Shown here one piece after another: positions 52,424 through 63,265 of a stretch of 64,000 nt of DNA. Numbering within the stretch: position 1 is the stretch's first letter; every line of letters begins with the position of its first letter. This stretch comes from Malacoraja senta. Taxonomy: Eukaryota. A program made the translations under genes and the position numbers. Location: positions 8,434,001-8,498,000 of the forward strand of contig CM075994.1 of NCBI GenBank assembly GCA_038087875.1, given 5' to 3'. The notes under the pieces are model-generated. The model did not search any database, was not told where the DNA came from, and saw only the letters and a program-made list of their open reading frames with translations.

Positions 52424-55074
52424 GTGGGAACGCGATCCGAAGACAATGGAAACTTAGTTTAGCCGTCGCATGCAGCACAGAATCCTCCGACACTTTCGCC
52501 ACCTCCAACGGGATCTACCGGCCACATCTTCCCATCTCCACCCTTATCCACCTTCCACGCCGACCGTTCCTTCCGCAACTCCCTGGTCAACTCGTCCCAA
52601 ACCACCCCCTCCCCAGATACTTTCCCCTGCAACCACAGGAGATGCAACACCTGTCCCTTTACCTCCCCCCTCGACTCCATCCAAGGACCCCGACAGTCCT
52701 TTCAGGTGAGGCAGAGGTTCACTTGCACCTCCGCCAACCTCATCTAATGTATCTCCTTTTCCAGGTGTCGGCGAGACTAAGCGCACGCTCGGCGATCGTT
52801 TCGCAGAACACCTCCGCTCAGTCCGTCTAAACCTACCTGATCTCCCGGTGGCTCAACACTTTAACTCCCCCTCCCATTTCCACACTGACCTTTCTGTCCT
52901 GGGCCTCCTCCGCAGTCAGAGGGAGGCCCAGCGCAAATTGGAGGAACAGCACGTCATATTCCACTTGCCTCAGCTTACACCCCAGGGGTATGAACATTAA
53001 CTTCTCCAACGTAAAGTAACCCTTGCTTTCCCTCTCTCTCCATCCCTCCCCTTCCCAGTTCTCCCACCAGTCTTACTGTCTCCGACTACATTTTATCTCT
53101 GTACCGCCCACTCCCCTGACATCAGTCTGAAGAAGAGTCTCGACCTGAAACGTAACCCATTCCTTCTCTCCGGAGATGCTGCCTGTCCCGCTGAGTTACT
53201 GCAGCATTTGTGTCCATCTTCGGTTTAAACCAGCATCTGCAGTTCCTTCCTACACATTATGTCTACCTTAGTTTAGTTTAGAGATACAGCGTGGAAACAG
53301 GCCCTTTGATCCCCGCACACTAACACTATCCTACACACACTAGGGACAATTATATTTATGCCAAGCCAATTAACCTACAAACCTGTACGTCTTTGGAGAT
53401 TGGGAGGAAACCGAAGTTCTCAAAGAAAACCCATGCAGGTCACGGGGAGAAGGTACAGACAGCACCCGTAGCCGGGATCGAACCCGGGTCTCCACGGCAA
53501 CTCTACCGCTGCGCCACCGCGGCCGCCCGAATCGTTTGGATGCCGAGTGGATCTGTAGATTAATTAACATCAAAGCAATGGACAGCACGGTGGCGCAGCG
53601 GTAGAGTTGCTGCTTCACACCGTCAGAGACCCGGGTTTGATCCTGACTACGGGTGCTGTCTGTACGGAGTTTGCACGTTCTCCCCGTGATCGTGTGGGTT
53701 TTCTCCGGGTGCTACAGTTTCCTCCCACACTCCATAGACATGCAGGTTTGTAGGTTAATTGGTTTCAGCAAAAATTGTAAATTGTCCCAACTGTGTAGTA
53801 TAAGATTGCTGGTCGGCACCGACACAGTGGGCCGAAGGGCCTGTTTCTGCGCTATTACCTCCCAATCAATGGTCAAGAAAGCAAACGAACGTCTCTGCAT
53901 CCTTAGAAGGCTTAGGATGTTCGACATGTCCCCAAGTTGGTCATCTCACCACCTACAGATGCGTTGGAGATGCACTTTATCGGGATGCATCACAACTTGC
54001 TTTGAGAACAGCTCCATCCAAGACCGCAAGAAATTGTTGTGGACGCAGCCCAGACCATCAGTCAAACAAACCTCCCTTCCATTGATTCCATCCACACCTC
54101 ACGCTGCCTTGGCAAGGCCAGTAGTATAATCAAGAGCCAGTCTCACCCTGGCCAATCCCTCTTCTCCCCTCTCCTATCGGGCAAGAGGTACAGATTTGCA
54201 AATCATACAGTACCTCCAGATTCAGGGACAGTTTCTTCCCAGCTGTTATCAGGCACAGTGGCACAGCGGAAGAGTTGCTGCCTCACAGAGCCAGAGACGC
54301 GGATTTGATGCAGACTACTGGTGCTGTCTGTACGGAGTTTGTGCATTCTTGGTTAGTGCAGTCTCGGTGGGCCCTAGGACCAGTGTCCGCGCTGTATCTC
54401 TAAACTAACCTCAACTAAACGAACCTCTAAGATTACCCCTCAGCCTTGTGTTGCCAATATATAAAATTGTACAAAACAATACGATGCTAAACTGAACCAA
54501 CCTGACCTACCATCTACCTCATGGGAGACCCTCAGTCTACCTTTGATTGGACTTTGCTGGCTTTATCTTACATAGATAGATACATAGACAACAGGTGCAG
54601 GAGTAGGCCATCCGGACCTTCGAGCCAGCACCACCATTCAATACGATCATGGCGGATCATCCACAATCAGTACCCCGTTCCTGCCTTCTCCCCATATCCC
54701 TTGATTCCGTTAGCTCTAAGACCTATATCTAACTCTCTCTTGAAAATATCTAGTGAATCGACCTCCACTGCCTCTGAGGCAGAGAATTCCACAGATTCAC
54801 AACTCTCTGGGTGAAAAAGATTTTCCCAATCTCAGTCCTAAATGGCCGACCCCTTATTCTTAAACTGTGTGGCCCCTGGTTCTGCACTTAACGTTATTCT
54901 CTTTATCATGTATCCGTACACTGTGGACGGCTCGATTGTAATCATGAATTGTCTTTCCGCTGACAGGTTAGCACGCAACATAAAAGCTTTTCACTGCACC
55001 TCGGTACACGTGACAAAAAACTAAACTCACTATCTCACATAACTCACACCTATACCTTTTTCTTTGCGTTTCAG

Positions 55075-55134
55075 TTTCTGCTGGGTGATGTAATCAACGT
55101 GGAACTCACCGGTATAGGAAATGGAACACTTACT
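55075..55134 (+). CDS. C4: C4 exon (~E31): FLLGDVINVELTGIGNGTLT
   Basis: ttcag| acceptor, ACT|gtaagt donor; resembles human [20 protein letters not shown]. Confidence 0.92.
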
Positions 55135-55414
55135 GTAAGTAGAGAGTTTCCAACGTGTCTCGTATACATAATGAAGTGACCCCTGCCTAGACTGGTCAAC
55201 ACGGTAGCGCAGTGGTACTCACAGCGCCAGAGACCGGGGTTCGATCCCGACTACGGGTGCTGTCTGTACGGAGTTTGTACGTTCTGCCCGTAACCTGCGT
55301 GGGGTTTCTCCGAGAACTTTGGTTTCCTCCCACACTCTAAAGACGTACAGGTTTGTAGGTTTAATTGGCTTGGTGTATGTGTAAATTGCCCCTAGTGTGT
55401 GTAGGATAGTGTTA

Positions 55415-55626
55415 AGGGCCTGTCCAACTTTCATGACCTAATTCACAACCTTTTCTACTCGTGGACATTTTTCATCGTTGAAAAAACGCCCCGACCTACT
55501 TGCTGCACGAGTACCTACGACCTACCTGCGACTTCCTGCGACCTCGTGACGACCATGCTGCGAGTATGAGTCAAGGGCAAACTCGGCAGAGGTTGTGAAT
55601 TAGGTTCTGAAAGTGGGACAGACCCT
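55415..55626. mobile_element. Harbinger-type MITE with TTA target-site duplication, inside a V-SINE
   Basis: TTA|AGGGCCTGTCC ... GGGACAGACCCT|TTA; removing it restores SINE sequence GATAGTGTTAGTGTGCGGGG. Confidence 0.88.
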
Positions 55627-56452
55627 TTAGTGTGCGGGGATCGCTGGTCAAAGGGCCTTTTTCTGCGCTATATCTCTAAGCTAAACATCTCCATCAACCC
55701 CCCCCCCCCCACCCAATCTACCACTTATCTACACGCTCGAGGGCAATTAACAGAGGCCCAATTAACCTTTGAAGTTACTTTAGCCTTTGAAGATGCAGCG
55801 TGGAAACAGGCCATTCGGCCCAACGAGTCCGTGCCGACCAGCGATCACCCCATCCTCTACTTTTCCCCATAGATAACCCCTGACATCCGTACACATCAAT
55901 AATCTATCTATCTCTGCCTTAAAAATATCCACTGACTTGGCCTCCACAGCCTTCTGCGGCAATGAATCCAACAGATTCACCGCCCTCTGACTAAAGAAAT
56001 TCCTCCTCATCTCCTTCCTAAAAGAACGTCCTTTAATTCTGAGGCTGTGATCTCTAGTCCGAGACTCTCCCACGAGTGAAATCATCCTCCCCACATCTAG
56101 GGTAGCGGGGACATGTTGGCCAATGTGGGCATGTTGGGCCGAAGGGCCTGTTTCCACACTGTATCACTCTATGACTATGAGACTATCCACTCTATCCAGG
56201 CCTTTCACTATTCTGTAAGTTTCAGTGATGTCCCCCCCTCATTCTTCTAAACTCCAGCGAGTACAGGCCCAGTGCCGACAAACGCTCAGCAGAGGTTAAC
56301 CCACTCATTCCTGGGATCAATCTTGTAAACCCGTGGTGCTGCGAGACAGCAGCTCTACCCGCAACGCTACTGGGCCACGCATGTCACGGCGTTATAAACT
56401 CCAGGTGTAGTAGCTCACCATTTTAATTAGAATGTATTTGTGGAATTCGTAG

Positions 56453-56546
56453 ACGCTGAAGACGTATCAGGTTATCGAGGAGACTGGGAATACATGCGGC
56501 TATTTACAGCTTGAAGTTACCGTTCAAGGCAAGGTGGAGTACACAG
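56453..56546 (+). CDS. C4: C4 exon (~E32): TLKTYQVIEETGNTCGYLQLEVTVQGKVEYT
   Basis: cgtag| acceptor, G|gtgagt donor; resembles human [31 protein letters not shown]. Confidence 0.94.
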
Positions 56547-57767
56547 GTGAGTAACAAGACACACCTTGTTTGGGCGACAAGGCGGTGCAGCGATAGAGTT
56601 GCTGCCTTACATCGCCAGACCGTCCAGATCAATCCCAACCACGGGTGCTCGCTGTCTGCATGGCGTTTGTACGTTCTCCCCGTGACCTGTGTGGGTTTTC
56701 TCAGAGATCTTCGGTTTCCTCCCACACTCCAAAGACGTGCAGGTTTGTAGGTTAATTGGCTTGGTTTAAGTATAAATTGTCCCTAGTGTGTGTAGGATAA
56801 TGCTAGTGTGCGGGGATCGCTGGTCGGTGCGGACTCGGTGGGCCGAAGGGCCGGTTTCTGGCCTGTACTTCTAAACTAAACTAAACTAAACTAAACTGAA
56901 CCATCCTAGCGACCACTAGAGAGCGGTCCTGACGTACCATCTACCTCATTGGAGACCCTCGGACTATATTTGATCAGACTTTACCTTGCACTAAACATTA
57001 TTATCTTTGATCGGACTTTGCTGGCTTTATCTTGCACTAAACGTTATTCCCTTTAAACTGTATCCATACACTGTGGACGGCTCGATTGTAATCATGTATT
57101 GTCTTTCCGCTGACTGGACAGCACGCGACAAAAAAGCACTGTAGGATAGTGTTATCGTGCGGGCATCGCTGGTCTGTGCAGAGTTGATGGGCCAAAGGGC
57201 CTGCTTCCGCGCTGAAGGCCTTCCACGGATGCTTGTCGCCATGGCAGAGTCGTTGTGGATGGAGCTGAAAATGTTGCAGTCTGATGATGTTTGCAAACTA
57301 CTGGGCAGTTTTAATCTTTCCAATACATAGAGTCATAGATTCACACCTGTGGAAACAGGCCCTATGGACCAACTTGTCCACACTAGCCACCATGCCCCAT
57401 CTACACTAGTCCCACCTGCCTGCGTTTTGCCCATATCCCTCCAAACACGTCCAATCCATGTACCTGTCCATTTGTCTCTCAAACATTGTGATAGTCCCTG
57501 CCTCAACTACTTCCTCCGGCAGCTTGTTCCATACACCCACCACCCTTTGTGTGAAAAACTCACTACGGGTGCTGTCTGTACGGAGTTTGCACATTCTGCC
57601 CGTGACCCGCGTGGGTTTTCTCCGAGATCTCCGGTTTCCTCCCACACTCCAAAAACGTACAAGCATGTAGGTGGAATGTCTTAGTCGAAGTGTAAATTGT
57701 CCCTAGTGTGTATTTTAGGGGGTGATCACTGGTCGGTGCGGACTCGGTGGGCTGAAGGGCCTGTTTC

Positions 57768-58383
57768 TGCCTTCATAGCAAGAGGTGTTGAGTATAGGAG
57801 CAAAGAGGTCCTTCTGCAGTTGTACAGGGCCCTAGTGAGACCACACCTGGAGTATTGTGTGCAGTTTTGGTCTCCTAATTTGAGGAAGGACATTCTTGCT
57901 ATTGAAGGAGTGCAATGTAGGTTTACAAGGTTAATTCCCGAGATGGCGGGACTGTCATATGTTGAGAGAATGGAGCGGCTGGGCTTGTATACTCTGGAAT
58001 TTAGAAGGATGAGAGGGAATCTTATTGAAATATATAAGATTAATATTAAGGGATTGGACATGCTAGAGGCAGGAAACCTGTTCCCGATGTTGGAGGAATC
58101 CAGAACCAGGGGCCACAGTTTAAGAATAAGGGGTAAGCCATTTAGAATGGAGATGAGGACACACTTTTTCACCAAGAGAGTTGTGAATCTGTGGAATTCT
58201 CTGCCTCAGAAGAAGGCCGATATTCTGGAAGCTTTCAAGAGAGAGCTAGATAGGGCTCTTTAAAATAGCGCAGTCAGGGGATATGGGGAGAAGGCAGGAA
58301 TGGGGTACTGATTGGGGATGATCTGCCATGAACACTCGAAGGGCCAAATGGCCTACTCCTGCACCTATTGTCTATTGTCTATC
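57768..58383 (+). mobile_element. CR1 3' fragment; an opposite-strand CR1 copy lies at approx. 58790-59365 on the other side of exon E33
   Basis: LYRALVRPHLEY...RVVNLWNSLP motifs; TCTATTG tail. Confidence 0.88.
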
Positions 58384-58483
58384 TCTGAACTAAAGCTTTG
58401 TAACCTGTGATTATGTGAATAAAGGCTCTTTGTTGAGGAAAAGAATATGTCGTCAGTTGATAGTGTGCTTTCCATTGCAACAG

Positions 58484-58643
58484 CGCAAACGAATTACCAC
58501 GATGAACAAGATGCTCGGGAGATGATGGCAGCAGATCAGCCAGTAAGTGGGATAAACTGGTTCGATCTGCGATCTCGGAGAACGAAGAGACAGGCACCGG
58601 CTGAAGATTACGCTGAGATCCTTTACTACAAAATCTGCTACTG
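58484..58643 (+). CDS. C4: C4 exon (~E33) with alpha/gamma processing site: AQTNYHDEQD...INWFDLRSRRTKRQAP...YYKICYW
   Basis: aacag| acceptor, TG|gtcagt donor; RRTKR at 58576-58590. Confidence 0.93.
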
Positions 58644-60244
58644 GTCAGTGGGACCATTTTTAAGCCTGTACGGAGGCCAACTTATGCCCATCGCTAGCTT
58701 GCCTGGATCATAGTAGCCCTCAATAGGAGACCTCATTGAAACGTAACCGCATAGTGAAAGGCCTGGATAGAGTGGTTTAGTTAAGTTTTTAGACAGTAGA
58801 CAATAGGTACAGGAGTACGCCATTCGGCCCTTCGAGCCAGCACCGCCATTCATTGCGATCATGGCTGATCATCCCCAATCAGTACCCCGTTCCTGCCTTC
58901 TCCCCATATCCCCTGACTCCGCTATCTTTAAGAGTCCTATTTAGCTCTCTCTTGAAAGTATCCAGAGAACCGGCGTCCACCGCCCTCTGAGGCGGAGAAT
59001 TCCACAGACTCACAACTCTCTGTGTGAAAAAGTGTTTCCTCATCTCCGTTCTAAATGGCTTACCCCTTATTCTTAAACTGTGGCCCCTGGTTCTGGACTC
59101 CCCCAACATCGGGAACATGTTTCCTGCCTCTAGCGTGTCCAAACCCTTAACAATCTTATATGTTTCAATAAGATCCCCTCTCATCCTTCTAAACCCCAGA
59201 GTATACAAGCCCAGCCGCTCCATTCTCTCATATGAGCATATGACAGTCCCGCCATCCCGGGAATTAACCTTGTAAACCTACGCTGCACTGCCTCAATAGC
59301 AAGAATGTCCTTCCTCAAATTAGGACACCAAAACTGAACACAATACTTCAGGTGTGGTCTCACTAGCTTAATTTATTTTAATTTGCTTAATTAGGCTTAA
59401 TTAGCTTAATTTAGTTAAGTTTAGTTTTTAGCTTAGTGCGGAGTTTGCACATTCTCCCCGTGACCTGCGTGGGTTTTCTCCGGGTGCTCCGGTTTCCTCC
59501 CACACTCCAAAGACGTGCAGGTTTGCAGGTTAATTGGCTTTGTGTATGTGTAAGTTGTCTCTAGTGTGTGGGGGATAATGTTCGCATGCGGGGATCGCTG
59601 GTCGGTGCGGACTCGGTGGGCCGAAGAATCTTGTTGCCGCGCTGTATCTCTGAACTAATTTAAAAGAAACTAAACTACAAAGCCCTGCAAAGTCTGAAGA
59701 AGGGTCTCAGCCTAAAACGTCACTCCAGAGATGCTGCCTGTCCCGCTGTGTTACTTCAGCATTTTATGTCTATCTTCTGATTAAAGATAGCCTGGGGGTC
59801 ACCAATGAGGTAGATAGTAGCTCAAGACTGCTCTCTGGTTGTGGTAGGATGGTTCAGTTGCCTGATAACAGCCTGGAAGAAACTGTCCCTGGATCTGGAG
59901 GTGTGCGTTTTCACACTTCTGTACCTCTTGCCCGATGGGAGATGGGAGAAGAGGGAGTGGCCGGGGTGAGTCTGGTCCTTGATCATGCTGCTGACCTTGC
60001 CGAGGCAGTGTGAGGTGTAGATGGAGTCAGTGGAAGGGAGGTTGGTTTGTGCGATGGTCTGGGCTGCGTCCACAACTCTCTGCCATTTCTTGCAGTATTG
60101 GATGGAGCTGTTCCCAAACCAAGTTGTGATGCATCGCTGTTATTAAGCTGACGACCAAAACAGTTCTTCAGATTTTGCTTTCACTTTGCAACAATAAGTT
60201 TTGTTCCAGGTCCAATGCCAAGGGGCAATTATTAATTAAAACTT

Positions 60245-60980
60245 TATCTCCCTCCCCATCCACTACCACTTCCCCTTCCCCCCACCTCCCACCCACCCAC
60301 CCCCTACACTCTCAATCCCCCTGGCCTCTCTTCGTCCCTCTACCCGATCCCATTCCACCTCCCTTCCCCCTAACTCCCTATCATCCTCCCTCTCACCTAC
60401 CCATCCCCTCCTTTCCCAATCCCCTTCCCCCTCCCCTACCCATCCTCTCCTCCCCTCGCCTCTCCAATCCCTCTCCTCCTCTCTCCATTCCTCCCCTCCA
60501 AATCTCCCTCCACCTTCCTCTCCCCATCCCCTCCTTCACCATTCCTCCCCTCCCAAACCACCCACCTCCTCATCCCCTCAATCCCCCTCTCCCCCCTCCC
60601 CTCCTCCCTCCCCTCCTCCTCCCCTCCTCTCCTCTGCCTCCCCTTCTTCACTCCTCCCCTCCTCCCCTCCTCCCCTCCTCTCCTCGCCCCCTCCCACCTC
60701 CTCCCCCCCTCCTCCCCCCTCCCCTCCTTCCATTACTCCCCCTCCCCTCCTCCCTTCCTCCCCCTCCCCTGTCCCCCCTCCCCTCCTCCTCCCCCCGCCT
60801 CCCCTCCCCTTCCCCCTCCTTCCCCTCCCCTCCACTCCTCCCCCCTCCCCTCCTCCCCCTACCCCAATCCTCTCCTCACCCCATCGCCTCCCTCCCCTCC
60901 CCCTCCCCTCACCCCTCCCCTCCTCCTCTCCCCTTCCTCTCCTCTCCTGCTCCCCTCCCCGTCTTTCCCCACCTCTGTTC
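60245..60980. repeat. ~700-bp C/T-rich (polypyrimidine/polypurine) low-complexity tract
   Basis: Direct inspection: CCT/CCCCT runs with almost no G on the + strand. Confidence 0.95.
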
Positions 60981-60985
60981 CCCAG

Positions 60986-61088
60986 GCACATTGCTGATGG
61001 TGTCCAAGACCAGCGCCCCTCTGGAATGGCCATCGTGGACATTACCATGCTGAGTGGATTTGAGCCGGACAGCACAGACCTGGACAAG
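60986..61088 (+). CDS. C4: C4 exon (~E34), MG8: WHIADGVQDQRPSGMAIVDITMLSGFEPDSTDLDK
   Basis: cccag| acceptor, AAG|gtcagc donor; SGMAIxDxxxLSGF motif. Confidence 0.95.
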
Positions 61089-62832
61089 GTCAGCTCATCC
61101 CAAGTCAAGGGCAGCACGGGTGGCACAGCGTGTGGAGCTGCTGCCCCTCACAGCGCCGGAGACCCGGGTTCGATCCTGACCTCGGGTGTTGTCTGAGCGT
61201 TTAACAGCCCTGGATAGGACAGGTTTGGAGGGATATGGACCAAGCGCAGGCAGGTGGGACTAGTGTAGCTGGGACATGTTGGCCAGTGTGGGCAAGTTGG
61301 GCCGAAGGGCCCGTTTCCATGCAGTTTCACTCTAGAACTCTATGTCTCTATGGTGCAGGGTTCCCAAGATGTCAATCTGCAAGTCGAATCAGTAGTAAAG
61401 AAAGCAAACACAACGCTAGCATTTGTTTCAGAGGGCTTGTATACAAAGCAGGAATGTAATGCTGAGGCTCTATAAGGCGCTGGTCAGGCCGCTTTTGGAA
61501 TATTGTGCGCAATTTCAGGCACCGTATCTGAGAAAGGATGTGCCGGCTCTGGTGAGGGTCCAGAGGAGGTTTACAAGAACGATCCCAGGAATGAGTGGGT
61601 TAACCTATGATGAGCGTTTGTCGGCACTGGGCCTGTACAGAATAGTGAAAGGTATAGAGTTAGTGGGAGAGTCTAGGACCAGAGGTCACAGCCTCAGAAT
61701 TAAAGGGCGTTCTTTTAGAAAGGAGGTGAGGAGGAACTTCTTTAGTCAGAGGGTAGTTAATCTGTGGAATTCGTTGCCACAGAGGTCTGCGGAGGCCAAG
61801 CCAGTGGATTTTTTAAAGGCAGAGACAGACAAATTCTTCGTTAGAACAGGTGTCAAAGGTTATGGGGAGAAGGCAGGAAAATGGGATTAGGACGCAAAGA
61901 TCAGCCATGATTGAATGGCAGAATAGACTCGATTGGGCCGAATGGCCTAATTCTACTCCTATAACTTGTGTGTGTGGAGTTTGTACGCTCTCCCTGTGAC
62001 CGCGTGGGTTTTCTCCGTGTGCTTCGGTTTCCTCTCACACTCCAGAGAAAGATAGGTTTGTAGGTTAATTGGCTTGGTGTAAATGTAAATTGTCGCTATA
62101 GTGTGTAGGATAGTGTTAGTGTGCGGGTATCGCTGGTCATCGCGGACTCGGTGGGCCGAAGGGCCCATATTTGCAGTATCTCTAAAGTTTAAATCAGATA
62201 TACTATACATAAATACAATCATTTCAAACTCAAGTATATTAGGTAGAAAGGGGAAGATACAGAGTGCAGAATATAGTTCTCAGTATTTTCAGGAGCACTG
62301 GAAAATGAATGAATTAATAAGTTTATTGACCAAGTATTCACATACAAGGAATTTGCCTTGGTGCTCCGCCCGCAAGTGACAACATGACATACAGTGACAG
62401 TTACGAATGACACAAAAAACATTAAACATTAATAATAAAACATTATTGATTAAACATGTGAATTAAATAAAATACCAGAGTAAAAGGAGGCTACAGATTT
62501 TTGGTTATTGAGTGGAGCTACTACTCGTGGACAAAAGTTGTTTTTATGTCTGGCTGTGGCAGCTTTGACAGTCCGGAGTCGCCTTGTATTAGTGTATTAG
62601 TTTAGTCATGATTGAATGGGGGAGCAGACTTGATGGGCCGATTGGCCTAATTCTGCTCCTATCACTTATTGTCTTATGAAGAAGGGTCTGACCTGCTGAG
62701 TTACTCCAGCACTTTGTGTCTTTTCTTTTGTAAACCAGCATCTGCTGTTCCCCGCGTTCTTCACAAGGAAACACGTTCAATATGTGAATTATGGATGGGT
62801 CTGGTCATAATTGGAATATCTTTGTTTTTCAG

Positions 62833-62907
62833 TTATCGAAACTTGCTGATCGATACATCGATTCATACGAGTTCAAAAACGGCAGAGTTCTGCTTTATCT
62901 TCCCCAG
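62833..62907 (+). CDS. C4: C4 exon (~E35): LSKLADRYIDSYEFKNGRVLLYLPQ
   Basis: ttcag| acceptor, CAG|gtagtg donor; DRY...VLLY motif. Confidence 0.93.
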
Positions 62908-62916
62908 GTAGTGACA

Positions 62917-63265
62917 CAGTGTGTGCGTGTGCGTGAGTGTGAGTGAGTGTGTGTGCATGCGTGTGTGTGTGCATGCGTGTGTGTGCATGTGTGTGTGAGT
63001 GCAAAAGCGTGTGTGTGCTTGTGCGTGAGAGTGTGCGAGTGTCAGTGTGTGAGCGTGTGCATGTGTGTGCATGTGTGTGTGTCAGTGCGTGTGAGTGTCA
63101 GTGTGTGTGTGTGTGTGAGTGCGCTTATGCATGAGTGTGTGTGGGTGCGCGTGTGCATGTGTGTGAGTGTCAGTGTGAAAGCGTGCGTGAGTTTGTGTGG
63201 GTGCGTGTGTACGTGCGTGCATATGTGCCTTTGTGCATCTCCGTGAACATCACATGCGTGTGTGC
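62917..63265. repeat. Degenerate (TG)n/(TGCG) microsatellite; a (CA)-rich tract also lies at 30395-30555
   Basis: Direct inspection. Confidence 0.92.

Larger units (their letters stand above)
978..62907 (+). other. C4: Complement C4 gene, internal part (21 exons equivalent to human C4 exons 15-35); gene extends beyond both window ends
   Basis: 21 AG/GT-bounded exons join in matching phases into 869 open codons resembling C4. Two basic processing sites (RMKR, RRTKR) indicate a three-chain C4 rather than C3 or C5. Confidence 0.95.

Noticed and set aside
60175..61126. Proline-rich 292-aa ORF and Gly/Arg/Glu-rich antisense ORFs
   Set aside because: Translations of a low-complexity C/T tract; the true C4 exon (60986-61088) is in another frame.
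978..62907. Assignment as C3, C5 or alpha-2-macroglobulin
   Set aside because: The anaphylatoxin domain excludes A2M, the CxEQ motif argues against C5, and the second basic site plus C4-like exon sequences argue against C3.
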